A model generated the notes under the pieces. It saw only the letters and a program-made list of their open reading frames with translations, was not told where the DNA came from and made no database searches. A stretch of 64,000 nucleotides of DNA. Source: Bacteroidota bacterium. GTDB taxonomy: Bacteria; Bacteroidota; Bacteroidia; Bacteroidales; FEN-979. Below are positions 37,788 through 47,934 of this stretch, piece by piece (the first letter of the stretch is position 1; each line of letters opens with the position of its first letter). The stretch is from the NCBI GenBank assembly GCA_016868575.1, contig VGGL01000001.1, forward strand, positions 20,995-84,994, read 5' to 3'. Both the position numbers and the translations under genes were made by a program.

Positions 37788-39545
37788 CTATTCAATGCTC
37801 ACCTTAATATCATCTACAAACAGTTTTTCCCGGTTCTGATTCCAGATATAAACGTTGATCAGGTAATCAGGATGCAGGCCAACCGGGAGTTCAAAGGTAC
37901 GTGTTACCTCGGTCCACTCATTCAGGTTTTTCAGGTGGGTATCGATCTTTTCAGAGAGCCAGAGGAATGGTGTTGACGGTGCGGATTCGATACTGCAAAC
38001 AAGGTAAATCTCCGGGTCAAGCCTGATGGGAGCGGACACCCAAGCCGTCACTTCAACCTTGTATGGCGCCTTGCCATAAAGATCCCCCACCTTTTTCACG
38101 ATCTGGCAGCAGAACTCGTTGTTCTCATCTACCTTGTTGGCATACATCCCTGACCGGCTTTGCTCGCGAGTCAGGGTTTTCCAGGAATTCAGGGAAGAGT
38201 TTTCAGTGTCATTCATGAAGGTGATCTTCCCGGAAGGATTTGGGAAAAGGCCGATACTGGCGAGCTGCCGGGAATACTGGGGCCAGTCCCATGTGCTGCC
38301 AAAGAAACATTTTTCATAGGCATAGCTCATCCGGAGGTTATAGTAGGTGAAAATAATGATTAATAAGCCGATCAGGATTTTACCATCCGGTTGTCTTCGG
38401 GAAAATATCCCTTTCAGGAAAAAACCGAGCGGGAGTGAGAAAAGGGAGAGGTGCTCTACAAAAGACCTTTGACCATAGCTGCAGCCAAAGTACCAGGTAT
38501 CCCAGGCTGCACAAATGTAGCTCACCATCAGGAACATGGCTGCGATAAGCCGTCCATTGGGTTCTCTTCGGATGATCATCCACACAAGACCGGCGACCAT
38601 CAACAGCAGGATGGGGCTATAGAGGAATAATCCGTTCAATGGGGCAAACCAGACTTCCAGCAGATAAGGTGAGGTCCAGTTTGAAAAACCTTCATTCCCA
38701 TAGGAATAATGCAGGAAATGTCCGGTGGCATATTTCCAGTAGATGATTTGCGGGAGAAAAACGAGGATAAATGACCCTGCCTTGATCAGGATATACCGGA
38801 TTTTTAAGAAGTGCTTGAATCGTGCCTGGAACTCCTTGAAGGAGGCGACATTCCAGAAAGCGAGTACCAGGATCAACAGCAGGTTGACGGGACGGATCAG
38901 GGTGATCACTGCGATTGAAAAACTGAGGATGAAAAACCAGGTTATCTGTGGCCTGTTGCCCGTAAGCAGTTTCTGCAAGCTGAAAAGGAATAACGCGAAA
39001 AGAAAGAAGGAATAGGCATGCGACATCATGGTTTCGTCTACAGTGTAGTAGAGGAGGTTGGTGGCAAGAAAGAGGATCAGGATGGTCAGGTACGACCATT
39101 TCTCCCCTAGATAATGTCTCAAAAACCTTCTCAAAAGAAATAAACCCAGTACAACATAGAAGGCGGCAGCTACATTCAGGATCTTCTGGTAAATGGGTGA
39201 GAATCCATCCGCCGGATATCCGGCAACCTTAGCCATGAGATGGGCTGTCAGGAAGAATGGGCTAACCATCAGGGAGACGCCATAGGTGTATTTTGTTCTC
39301 ACTTTATGATTCTGAAGATCGAGGTTGAAGCCATCACCGGTCTGTTGATCCATAGCTTCCGGAAAACGGGATGCATCAAAGTCGTAAATAAAAAGTGACG
39401 GAAGATAGACATAGTAGCCTGCTTTATCCGACCAGATCTCGGTTTTCCAATTAAAGTAGCCGATGTACCGGTGGTTTTGAATTCCCAGGAAACTGATCAT
39501 CAGGAAGGCGACGAAGAACAACAGATATTCAAGACGTTTTTTCAT
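37788..39545 (-). CDS. GT-C-like (GT39/ArnT-type) polytopic membrane glycosyltransferase candidate with a C-terminal CBM-like beta-sandwich domain.
   Basis: About 11-12 hydrophobic helices with an early acidic loop (WSDKAGYYVY...YDFDA). The soluble ~140-aa C-terminus ends NEWTEVTRTFELP...VYIWNQNREKLFVDDIKVSIE. The 4-nt ATGA overlaps the upstream GT2 stop. Confidence 0.5.
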   Translation of the reverse strand: MKKRLEYLLFFVAFLMISFLGIQNHRYIGYFNWKTEIWSDKAGYYVYLPSLFIYDFDASRFPEAMDQQTGDGFNLDLQNHKVRTKYTYGVSLMVSPFFLTAHLMAKVAGYPADGFSPIYQKILNVAAAFYVVLGLFLLRRFLRHYLGEKWSYLTILILFLATNLLYYTVDETMMSHAYSFFLFALFLFSLQKLLTGNRPQITWFFILSFSIAVITLIRPVNLLLILVLAFWNVASFKEFQARFKHFLKIRYILIKAGSFILVFLPQIIYWKYATGHFLHYSYGNEGFSNWTSPYLLEVWFAPLNGLFLYSPILLLMVAGLVWMIIRREPNGRLIAAMFLMVSYICAAWDTWYFGCSYGQRSFVEHLSLFSLPLGFFLKGIFSRRQPDGKILIGLLIIIFTYYNLRMSYAYEKCFFGSTWDWPQYSRQLASIGLFPNPSGKITFMNDTENSSLNSWKTLTREQSRSGMYANKVDENNEFCCQIVKKVGDLYGKAPYKVEVTAWVSAPIRLDPEIYLVCSIESAPSTPFLWLSEKIDTHLKNLNEWTEVTRTFELPVGLHPDYLINVYIWNQNREKLFVDDIKVSIE

Positions 39546-40300
39546 CTGGTGAGGGTATTCATTTGGAAGATTTCGAACCGGGCGAGTTTCATTTTTTGCA
39601 TTCGGTAGATCAAAGAGGTCTTTACAACACCGAGTCCATAGGTCACGCTCCGGAAAAATTGATGCTGGAGGCCATCCTCTTTATAACTTGTCGGGCATGT
39701 AATCTCGGCGATTTCGAAGCCGGCATAAAAGATCTGTGCGATCATCTGGTTGTCAAAGACAAAATCATCGGAATCGGCCTGGAAGTTTATTCTTTCCAGC
39801 ACCTGACGTGAAAAGGCGCGGTAGCCGGTATGATATTCCGATAATTTTTGGTTGATGAGCAGGTTTTGGAATAGGGTTAGAAACCGGTTGGCGATATACT
39901 TGTAATGTGGCATTCCACCGCGGAGGGCGCCCCGTCCGAGGATCCGGGAACCCAGCACCACCTGGTACAGGCCGCTGCTGATGAGGTGTACCATTGAAGG
40001 GATCAACCGGGGGGTGTATTGGTAGTCGGGATGGAGCATAATGATGATGTCAGCGCCCATCTCCAGGGCTTTGGTGTAACAGGTTTTCTGGTTTCCCCCG
40101 TAGCCCTTGTTGGTTTCGTGATGGATGATGGTTCTGATTCCCAATTCCGTTGCAACGGCCATGGTTTGATCCCCACTGGCATCGTCAACCAGCAGTACTT
40201 CATCTACCAGGTCCATAGGGATCTCCCGGTATGTTTTTGCCAGGGTTTTAGCGGCGTTGTAAGCCGGCAGGACGACAATGATTTTTTGGCCGTTCAGCAC
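39542..40300 (-). CDS. Family 2 glycosyltransferase (polyprenol-phosphate sugar synthase-like, soluble).
   Basis: IVVLPAYNAAKTL, VDDASGD, and the DxD-like HPDYQY region. Confidence 0.75.
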   Translation of the reverse strand: MLNGQKIIVVLPAYNAAKTLAKTYREIPMDLVDEVLLVDDASGDQTMAVATELGIRTIIHHETNKGYGGNQKTCYTKALEMGADIIIMLHPDYQYTPRLIPSMVHLISSGLYQVVLGSRILGRGALRGGMPHYKYIANRFLTLFQNLLINQKLSEYHTGYRAFSRQVLERINFQADSDDFVFDNQMIAQIFYAGFEIAEITCPTSYKEDGLQHQFFRSVTYGLGVVKTSLIYRMQKMKLARFEIFQMNTLTR

Positions 40301-40301
40301 A

Positions 40302-41063
40302 TCACGAATCTTTAAGATATTTCCGGTTGAAAAGATTGTATTTCAAGATGCAAAACAGCGCCCGGAAACCATCTTTCCAGTTGATCTTTTTCCCTTCTTC
40401 GTAGGTTCTGCCGTAGTAGGAGATGCCCACCTCGTAGATCCGTATTCCCGGAAACTTGGATATCTTGGCAGTAACCTCCGGTTCAAATCCAAAGCGGTTC
40501 TCAACAAAATGGATTTTTTTCAGATGTTCCGCCCGAAAGAGTTTGTAGCAGGTCTCCATGTCGGTGAGGTTCAGGTTGGTGAACACGTTGGAAAGGAGCG
40601 TCAACCAACGGTTTCCAATGGAATGCCAGAAAAAGAGGATCCGGTGTGGATTTCCTCCCATGAAACGGGAACCGTAAACCACATCGGCAAATCCGTCAAG
40701 GATCGGTTGAAGTAAAAGATTGTACTCTTGTGGATCATATTCGAGGTCGGCATCCTGGATGATGATGAAATCGCCGGTGGCCAATTCAATGCCTTTATGG
40801 ATAGCAGCGCCTTTTCCCTGATTGACGGGTTGGCTGTGAAGCTTCATACATGCTTCCGGATGATGCCGGATATATGTTTCGACTTTTTCTGCTGTGGCAT
40901 CTTTGGAGCAGTCGTTGACGATGATCAGTTCCTTTTTTATCTCTCCCGGAAGATGGACTGCCAGTACTTTGTCGAGGATCAGATGTATCGTAGCAGCTTC
41001 ATTGTAGGCCGGAATGATGATGCTCAGTGTCTGTGTCATAATAGACAGGATGAGGTTAAACAA
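40302..41063 (-). CDS. Family 2 glycosyltransferase (Dpm1/GtrB-like).
   Basis: [26 protein letters not shown]. The likely true start is the ATG at 41039 ([14 protein letters not shown]), because a -7 box lies at 41069-41076. Confidence 0.75.
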   Translation of the reverse strand: MFNLILSIMTQTLSIIIPAYNEAATIHLILDKVLAVHLPGEIKKELIIVNDCSKDATAEKVETYIRHHPEACMKLHSQPVNQGKGAAIHKGIELATGDFIIIQDADLEYDPQEYNLLLQPILDGFADVVYGSRFMGGNPHRILFFWHSIGNRWLTLLSNVFTNLNLTDMETCYKLFRAEHLKKIHFVENRFGFEPEVTAKISKFPGIRIYEVGISYYGRTYEEGKKINWKDGFRALFCILKYNLFNRKYLKDS

Positions 41064-41068
41064 CCTGC

Positions 41069-41076
41069 CAAAGATA
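41069..41076 (-). promoter_or_regulatory. -7 promoter box (TATCTTTG on the minus strand), internal to the murF-alr/GT2 gene string.
   Basis: The reverse complement of CAAAGATA lies in the 43-nt gap between the murF-alr stop and the GT2 start. Confidence 0.45.
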
Positions 41077-41106
41077 GCAAAACCTTTGTTGAGAGAATCT
41101 TCCCTG

Positions 41107-43587
41107 CTACTCCCGGAAGTAAATCCGTTTCACTCGGCGGGAGATGGAAGTCAGGATCTCGTAGGGGATGGTTTCCAGCATCCTGGCAAGGGAGGAGATA
41201 GGCTGTGGAGGACCAAAGATGATCACCTCATCTCCTTCGTTGCATGCGATGCCGGTGATGTCGACCATGCACATATCCATACAGATGTTGCCAATAATGA
41301 GAGCAGGCTGCCCGTGGATGTATAAGCTTCCCTTTCCCTTACTGAGTCTTCGATTTAAACCATCGGCGTAGCCAATGCCAATGACGGCCAATGTCATATC
41401 GTGTGATGCCCTTCCCGCCCTGCTGTACCCGATAGATTCCCCGGCTTTCACTTGCTTGATCTGGGAAATGGTGGATTTCAGTGTGCTGACCGGTTTCAAA
41501 TGTTCTTCTTCCTCGCCGGCAGATGGAATTCCATACAGTCCGATCCCGACGCGAACCATGTCGTATTGGGCATCCGGGAAACGGGTGATGCCGGCCGAAT
41601 TGAGGGCATGAAGCAGCACGGGGTAATCGAGCCGCTCGGTAAGCATCAGCGCCATCCGGTTGAACAGATCGATCTGAAAACGGGTAAAATCATCATGCGT
41701 AGGGTCATCAGTGGCTGCAAGGTGCGTAAATATTGATCCGACATGAAAGAAGCCCACTTCCCTGACCCGGTTGGCAAGCAGCTCCATGTCTTCCTTATCA
41801 AATCCCAGCCTGCGCATCCCGGTATCCAGCTTGATGTGGATGGTCACAGGTTGGTGGTTCCTTCCGCTCTTCTGAAGCGCTTCTTCCAGGAGTGACAAGA
41901 GCCGGAAGCTATAGATTTCAGGTTCCAGGTTGTATTTAATGATGGAGTCGAAGCTCGACTCTTCGGGATTCATCACCATAATGGGGAGGGTGATGCCGGC
42001 ATTACGCAATTCGATCCCTTCATCGGCATAGGCCACGCTCAGGTAATCAACCCGGTGGAACTGAAGCAGGCTGGCGATCTCAAAGCTTCCACTGCCATAC
42101 GAAAAAGCTTTCACCATCGCCATGGTTTTCACGCCAGGATGAAGTCTGGAGCGATAATAATTGAGGTTATGCACCAGGTTATCGAGGTTGATCTCGAGCA
42201 CCGTCTCATGTGCTTGTTGTTCCAGCATTCGACTGATCTTTTCAAAAGCGAATACCCGTGCACCTTTCAATAAGATGGTTTCATTCTGGAACGAGTGGAG
42301 AGGGTATTTTTCAAGAAACTCTTCCGTATCCGGGAAGAAGGCTTTTTCGAGATCGAACTTGTCTGCCTGTTTGGAGATGTCCTTTCCGATACCGATGATC
42401 CGGTCGATCGATTTGTTCTTGAGCAGGGCAGCGACATCTTCATAAAGTTCAGCAGGGTTTCTCCCGCTTTGGAGGATGTCGGAAAGGATCATGGTCTTTT
42501 TCTTGTGCCGGCGCTGCTGCTGCAGGAAATCAATGGCAATACTGAGACTGTTGATGTCGGAGTTGTAGCTGTCGTTGATGATAGAACAGTTGTTGATCCC
42601 TTCTTTCAACTCCATCCGCATGGCGACAGGCTGTAGGGTTTCCATCCCTTTTGCGATAAAGGTCTGGTCGTAACCCAGGAACAACATGACCGCCCAGCAG
42701 GTGATGGCGTTCTCCACAGAAGCCTCATCAGTAAAGGGGATGCGTATGGAGGCTGGCTCATTCTTGAAAACCGCATCGATGTGGGTAAAATGATCTGACC
42801 GGGAGGTATTTTTCACCATCAGGTCAGCGTTGGTTTTGCGCGCCCAGGTAAAGACCTGGATGTTGTCGAGCAGCTTGGTGCGGAGAATGACCTCCTGTAT
42901 TTCGTTGTGGTCGGCGCAATAGATCAGGGACTTAACCTTTGTGAATAGTTTCAGCTTTTCTCCAACCTTCTGGGCAAGGGTGAGAAAGTTTTCTTCATGT
43001 GCTTGTCCGATGTTGGTGAAGACGCCAATATCAGGCTGGATTATTTGCTGAAGCTTGCCCATCTCGTCAGGCTCTGAGATTCCCGCTTCGAAGATGGCCA
43101 TATCGTGGAATGCCTTCATTTTCCAAACGGAGAGGGGTACACCGATCTGGCTGTTGAAACTCTTCGGACTCCGTACGACCTGCTTGTTTTTGGCCAGCAA
43201 CTGGTAAAGCCATTCCTTCACGATGGTTTTTCCATTGCTACCGGTGATGCCGATAACCGGACAGGAGAACTGTTTCCGGTGCCAGGTTGCAAGCATCTGG
43301 AGGCCTGCGAGGGTATCTTTTACCTGGATAAAGGAGGCCTCCGGAAATTTTGATAAGTCATCAGGGAGGGATGAAACCACAAAACATCTCACCCCTTTCG
43401 CATACAGATCAGGGATGTAGCGGTGGGCATCGTTTCGTTGACTTTTCAGGGCGACAAAGAGGCATTTCTCAGGTGTGATCAGTTTCCTGCTGTCGATGAG
43501 CAGGTCTGTCACCGTAATCTCCTCGCCGGGATTGCCAACACGTTTCCCCTTAACGGCTTTGGTTATCTGCGTCAGGCTGTATTCCAC
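41107..43587 (-). CDS. murF: Bifunctional UDP-MurNAc-tripeptide:D-Ala-D-Ala ligase (MurF) / alanine racemase (Alr).
   Basis: The N-terminal Mur ligase has the P-loop GITGSNGKT. The C-terminal racemase has the PLP-lysine block [11 protein letters not shown] and the tail [15 protein letters not shown]. Confidence 0.9.
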   Translation of the reverse strand: MEYSLTQITKAVKGKRVGNPGEEITVTDLLIDSRKLITPEKCLFVALKSQRNDAHRYIPDLYAKGVRCFVVSSLPDDLSKFPEASFIQVKDTLAGLQMLATWHRKQFSCPVIGITGSNGKTIVKEWLYQLLAKNKQVVRSPKSFNSQIGVPLSVWKMKAFHDMAIFEAGISEPDEMGKLQQIIQPDIGVFTNIGQAHEENFLTLAQKVGEKLKLFTKVKSLIYCADHNEIQEVILRTKLLDNIQVFTWARKTNADLMVKNTSRSDHFTHIDAVFKNEPASIRIPFTDEASVENAITCWAVMLFLGYDQTFIAKGMETLQPVAMRMELKEGINNCSIINDSYNSDINSLSIAIDFLQQQRRHKKKTMILSDILQSGRNPAELYEDVAALLKNKSIDRIIGIGKDISKQADKFDLEKAFFPDTEEFLEKYPLHSFQNETILLKGARVFAFEKISRMLEQQAHETVLEINLDNLVHNLNYYRSRLHPGVKTMAMVKAFSYGSGSFEIASLLQFHRVDYLSVAYADEGIELRNAGITLPIMVMNPEESSFDSIIKYNLEPEIYSFRLLSLLEEALQKSGRNHQPVTIHIKLDTGMRRLGFDKEDMELLANRVREVGFFHVGSIFTHLAATDDPTHDDFTRFQIDLFNRMALMLTERLDYPVLLHALNSAGITRFPDAQYDMVRVGIGLYGIPSAGEEEEHLKPVSTLKSTISQIKQVKAGESIGYSRAGRASHDMTLAVIGIGYADGLNRRLSKGKGSLYIHGQPALIIGNICMDMCMVDITGIACNEGDEVIIFGPPQPISSLARMLETIPYEILTSISRRVKRIYFRE

Positions 43588-44677
43588 CTTCTCGCTGGGT
43601 TTGGATGAAATCGTTAGGTTTTGTATGGTTGGCCCCCAAGGCGTTGGCTGCTAACTCAATATACTGAAGGCGATTGTTGAAGATGTCACAAGCCAGGTAA
43701 ATGGCCTGCCGGAATGAGTCGGGCGAAGCGATGTTTTTTCCTGCTATCTCATAGGCTGTGCCATGGGCGGGAGAAGTCCTGATATAAGGAAGGCCTGCCG
43801 TATAATTGACGCCTTCTTCAAACGACAGGAGTTTGAAAGGGATCATGCCCTGGTCGTGATACATAGCCAGGATGCCATCGAAATTATTGTAACCGGATGA
43901 TCCAAAAAAGCCATCAGCCGGAAAAGGACCATATACCAGGGTTCCCTTATCAAAGGCCTTTTGGATGGCCGGAATGACGACCTGTTGATCTTCATTGCCG
44001 ATAACGCCATCGTCGCCGGAATGGGGATTCAGCGCCAGGATGGCGATACGGGGTTTGGAGATCGCAAAATCACGCTTGAGGGATTGATCCAGGATGGCAA
44101 TTTTCTTCAGGATGAGCTCCTGCGTAATGGTGCCCGGTACCCTGCCCAGCGGAACATGACCGGTGATCACGCCGATTCTGAGGTTACGGCAAATCATCAG
44201 CATCAGATAGTCACTCGTGTTGAACTTTTCAGCCAGGTATTCGGTATGACCGGGAAACTGAAACCCAGCCTGCTGGATGTTTTTCTTGTTGATGGGGGCG
44301 GTGACCAAAACATCCAGATGGTTTCTCTTCAGCTCTTCCGTTGCCATTTCCAGCGAAAGCATGGCCAGTTGTCCTGCGGTGGGGGTGGAGATACCCAGGT
44401 CAACTTTAACCTCTTCATCAATGATGTTGACAATATTGGCGCGTTTGGCATGTGCCATATCGGATTTCTTGACGAGGTTGAAGTTGAACTCATTGAGGTG
44501 AAGTGTCTTACGGTGATAGGAGGCCACTTTAGAGGATCCAAAAACCACCGGGATCAGGTTCTCCAGCATCCTGGGGTCATTCAACGATTTAATGATGATC
44601 TCATACCCAATGCCATTGATATCACCATGGGTGATGCCAACCCGTATTTTTTTCTCTTTTACTTCAGCGATTTCCAT
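43550..44677 (-). CDS. pdxA: 4-hydroxythreonine-4-phosphate dehydrogenase.
   Basis: GITHGDINGIGYEI, GHTEYL and SPAHGTA are present. The 3' end overlaps the murF-alr start by 38 nt. Confidence 0.9.
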   Translation of the reverse strand: MEIAEVKEKKIRVGITHGDINGIGYEIIIKSLNDPRMLENLIPVVFGSSKVASYHRKTLHLNEFNFNLVKKSDMAHAKRANIVNIIDEEVKVDLGISTPTAGQLAMLSLEMATEELKRNHLDVLVTAPINKKNIQQAGFQFPGHTEYLAEKFNTSDYLMLMICRNLRIGVITGHVPLGRVPGTITQELILKKIAILDQSLKRDFAISKPRIAILALNPHSGDDGVIGNEDQQVVIPAIQKAFDKGTLVYGPFPADGFFGSSGYNNFDGILAMYHDQGMIPFKLLSFEEGVNYTAGLPYIRTSPAHGTAYEIAGKNIASPDSFRQAIYLACDIFNNRLQYIELAANALGANHTKPNDFIQTQREGGIQPDADNQSR

Positions 44678-44697
44678 AGTTATCCGTTATCAGGCGG

Positions 44698-44705
44698 CAA
44701 AGATA
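44698..44705 (-). promoter_or_regulatory. -7 promoter box (TATCTTTG on the minus strand) for pdxA.
   Basis: The reverse complement of CAAAGATA lies 20 nt upstream of the ATG at 44677. Confidence 0.5.
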
Positions 44706-44729
44706 GTTGTAAAATACCAGATGTTTCAA

Positions 44730-45740
44730 TCAGAACCTGACGACGAACTCCAGCACCAGCTTATTATCCTGGTTTACAACGCCGGCATGGTAGAAATACC
44801 GTTCATAGTTGATCCGGATATCGTTTCTGAAAGGTTTTTCCAGGCTGACGGTCAGCCCGCCTGTCAGCCGCCACCGTTCCTGGTCAATCTTCATCTTACC
44901 ACTGTCGTCATACCGTATGTTTTTTGTCATCAGGTCATATCTGAAGACAGGAGAAATTGATCTGATTATCCAGTTTTCCTTCATGTTGATGCGGTACCCA
45001 ATGAAAGCGAAGAAACCATGTGTTGGCGCACAGGAGCTATCCTGGTAAACTTTCTGATAATACTCAGATTCGAAGTGCCAGTTTTTCTGATCGGTATAAA
45101 ACCCGGCATTGAACAGGTTCATCCGTAGGTTAGTTGGCTTGATAGAGTTAACATTCATGGAAATATTCCAGTTTGTTCCGGGTTTCATTTCAAGCCGGCC
45201 GACATAACTCAATTCATGTGATTTCCGCCAGGTTTTCTGATTGTATAGTCCGGTACCATTGTAAAGACCCACCGAGAAAACCAGGGGCAATTTATATTTG
45301 TTGATAAATTCGATGGTGGCGCCGACATCACGCAAGGCGGTGAGCTGTTTGCCAATAAATGAACGGTTGGCGAAAAAGAGTTGATGGGGTGACCGGAGGT
45401 TGTCGGTACTGAATGGCACCTTTTGCTGTCCAATAACCAGGCTTAACCAGCTCCGGGGTTTGATTCGAAGAAAAGCATCCAGCATCCGGGTGACCCCTTC
45501 ATCCGAAAGGTCAATTTCTGCCTTGTAAGAGGTGATTTTGTTCAAAGCGCCCAGCACGCTGAAACGGGCATTGCGAACTTCAAATCGATGGGCGTCCAGG
45601 CTGGTGTTATACTCGTATTTTGCCCGGACAGTACCTTCAATCCTCGGTTTATAGAAATTCGAGGAATCGTTGTCTGCGCGCAGAACACCCGGTATCCCGG
45701 ACAGAACGCCGATCAGCAGGAATAAATAACGGAGATGCAT
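44730..45740 (-). CDS. Outer membrane porin-like beta-barrel (phosphate-selective porin O/P-like).
   Basis: Signal peptide, alternating amphipathic strands, and a C-terminal LEFVVRF. Confidence 0.5.
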   Translation of the reverse strand: MHLRYLFLLIGVLSGIPGVLRADNDSSNFYKPRIEGTVRAKYEYNTSLDAHRFEVRNARFSVLGALNKITSYKAEIDLSDEGVTRMLDAFLRIKPRSWLSLVIGQQKVPFSTDNLRSPHQLFFANRSFIGKQLTALRDVGATIEFINKYKLPLVFSVGLYNGTGLYNQKTWRKSHELSYVGRLEMKPGTNWNISMNVNSIKPTNLRMNLFNAGFYTDQKNWHFESEYYQKVYQDSSCAPTHGFFAFIGYRINMKENWIIRSISPVFRYDLMTKNIRYDDSGKMKIDQERWRLTGGLTVSLEKPFRNDIRINYERYFYHAGVVNQDNKLVLEFVVRF

Positions 45741-45851
45741 TTTCTTTCAGGAAAATTGCAATAATACAAAAACTATTACAACTGTCTGGGTAATCTATGA
45801 GATTCTTCGCTTTGCTCAGAATGACGAAAGAGCAACTCGGGCAACCTTCAG

Positions 45852-46346
45852 CTACCCTGGGAACCGCTTGATATAGATCGCCTTTCCGTCTCCCGGTTTG
45901 TAGAAGTCTGGAATATCGGCTTCAAGTTTATATTGGTTGCTTTCGTAGAAATGTCGGGTTGGGGTGTATTTGGGCAGGGTGGATGTCTCGGCAATGAGCA
46001 TCCGCCCGCCCAATTTTTTCACCTCTTCTTCCGTTGCTTCCAGCAGCTTCTTCCCGATCCCGGCACCGCGGTAATCGTTATGTGTGACGATCCAGAACAA
46101 GTCATAGCTCCCTTCGGTACAAGCGATCGGGCCAAAACAGGAATAGGCAACGGTTCTCTCCCCATCGTCGGCAAACAGGAAATAATATCCGCTATCCAGC
46201 CCATCTTTCAGACGATCTTCCACCAGCTCAACGGCTACCGGTATCTCAAAGTCATAGAAAAAACCTGTTGAAGTGACGATCTCCCGGATGTTTTCAATAT
46301 CCTGGCCGGTGGGCGCTGTGCGAAAACGGATCTCTTTCCTGAACAT
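45852..46346 (-). CDS. GNAT family N-acetyltransferase.
   Basis: Acetyl-CoA motif HNDYRGAGIGKKLLE. Length 164 aa. Confidence 0.8.
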   Translation of the reverse strand: MFRKEIRFRTAPTGQDIENIREIVTSTGFFYDFEIPVAVELVEDRLKDGLDSGYYFLFADDGERTVAYSCFGPIACTEGSYDLFWIVTHNDYRGAGIGKKLLEATEEEVKKLGGRMLIAETSTLPKYTPTRHFYESNQYKLEADIPDFYKPGDGKAIYIKRFPG

Positions 46347-46357
46347 GTTGATGGGTA

Positions 46358-47311
46358 TTAATAACGATCGATCTCAAGTCCCGAAACCGCTGTATCGATG
46401 TTGATGAATATCTTTTTATCTGCGGAGGCAAAGTTATCAGTTCTGTATTTACCCCGTTCAATTTTGTTGAATCCTATGAGTTCCTTTCCAGTCAGGAATG
46501 AGTCGATGATAACCTCCACGCCGGCCGATCTTGGAACTTCAATCTTTATTCCTGCGGCTCCTGAGTCAATATTTACATCGGTGCGCTCGCTTTTATCACC
46601 AAGTTTCAGATTCAAGGAAGCGGCGCCGGCATCAATCGTTACCTTTCTTGTGATATACGGACTCAGATCAAATTTCACTTCTGCCGCACCGATATCGAAA
46701 TCAAAATCCCAGACAGGAATAGTATTCAACTTGATCTCTGCATTGTTTTCCTTGGTTGATCCACGAACGTGCTTGTTTTTGAACCGGAGTTTGATAACAC
46801 GGTTTCCGGTTGTATCTGAAGCGGTAAGAATATAATTTCCAAGTCGGCCTTCTTTTTTGAAGTCGATCAGGTAACTGGTTGTATCCTTCATCTTAAATGA
46901 GCCGGCTGCAGCTTCGAACTTCAGGGTTGCTTCCCGGGTCGATGAATCAAATAAAATGTTGAGTCGCTGGGCTTCGGTGTTCTCTCCACTATGATCGTCG
47001 TCGTCATTCCAGGAATCATCACGATCCCATTTATCCTGGAATTCCTTGTCAAACCAGCGAAACTTGAAAATATCATTCGGCTCATCATATTTTTGAACAA
47101 AGAGGAAAGCAACCCCAATGGTTAAAACCACCAGAATGATCTTGATGAAATCTTTCACCGGCAGGATAGCGATCCCCCAGAAGATCAATATCAACGGCCA
47201 GAGGTTAAAAAACCATGACCAGTGAAAACAGATCAGCCCGGTATTGCGGAGGATGATCAGCAGCCCAACAATGATGAGCAATATACCCCACAATAGATGT
47301 TTACTTTTCAT
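46358..47311 (-). CDS. Membrane protein with a LiaF/DUF4097-type toastrack C-terminal domain.
   Basis: Three N-terminal TM helices are followed by a repetitive beta region (VTIDAGAASLNLKLG, VNIDSGAAGIKIEVP). The ATG at 47311 avoids overlap with the upstream PspC gene. Confidence 0.55.
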   Translation of the reverse strand: MKSKHLLWGILLIIVGLLIILRNTGLICFHWSWFFNLWPLILIFWGIAILPVKDFIKIILVVLTIGVAFLFVQKYDEPNDIFKFRWFDKEFQDKWDRDDSWNDDDDHSGENTEAQRLNILFDSSTREATLKFEAAAGSFKMKDTTSYLIDFKKEGRLGNYILTASDTTGNRVIKLRFKNKHVRGSTKENNAEIKLNTIPVWDFDFDIGAAEVKFDLSPYITRKVTIDAGAASLNLKLGDKSERTDVNIDSGAAGIKIEVPRSAGVEVIIDSFLTGKELIGFNKIERGKYRTDNFASADKKIFINIDTAVSGLEIDRY

Positions 47312-47318
47312 GGCTCTT

Positions 47319-47789
47319 CTATTTTTCTTTTTTATTGTAAGTCGCATTATAGATCAGAATCGCACCAATTGCAACCAGCAAGATAGGCCACACGTCGCCA
47401 AAGTCGATACGCGGTACGAACCGGGCAATGAGGAAAAGAAAACCAAGGGTGATCAGCACGGCGCCACCCATCAAGCTTCCTTTTGATTTTTTTTGTTCAG
47501 TGGACACCGGTATTTTATTCTCCATCGCCGGTTCCGGGTTTTCAATTACGGGTTTTTCTGTTTCCATGGTTGTTTGATTGGATGATGGTAAAGGTACTGA
47601 AAAAGGCTCCTGCGGGATAAATATCCACATCAGGATATAGATAAGTAATCCGCCGCCACCGGCGAGGAAGAGAGCGACAAAGATCAATCTGACGATCACC
47701 GGGTCGGTACTGAAATATTGGCCCAGACCACCCGCCACACCGCCGATGACATTGCTTGTCCTGCTTCGATAAAGTTTCTTCGGTTCCAT
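47319..47789 (-). CDS. PspC domain-containing membrane protein.
   Basis: KLYRSRTSNVIGGVAGGLGQYFSTDPVIVRLIFV. The start was chosen at MEPKKLYRS. Confidence 0.75.
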   Translation of the reverse strand: MEPKKLYRSRTSNVIGGVAGGLGQYFSTDPVIVRLIFVALFLAGGGGLLIYILMWIFIPQEPFSVPLPSSNQTTMETEKPVIENPEPAMENKIPVSTEQKKSKGSLMGGAVLITLGFLFLIARFVPRIDFGDVWPILLVAIGAILIYNATYNKKEK

Positions 47790-47934
47790 TTGAATTGTTT
47801 TTACCTGGTTATTATTGATTTGCTGACAAAGGTAGATTGACACGACGAACCGGGTAAATACATTATCGATAAAAGCCGGATATCAGGGTATGAATTGCGG
47901 AAAAGAGGTCGCTGAAGTATTCACGGCCTGCTGC

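Noticed and set aside
45797-45830. The motif GAGATTCTTCGCTTTGCTCAGAATGACGAAAGAG (reverse strand ...VILSKAKNL-like) between the porin and GNAT genes.
   Set aside because: It resembles a short sequence family seen scattered in many Bacteroidota-type intergenic regions. There is only one copy here, with no partner arm, and I can support no coding or structural role from this window alone.
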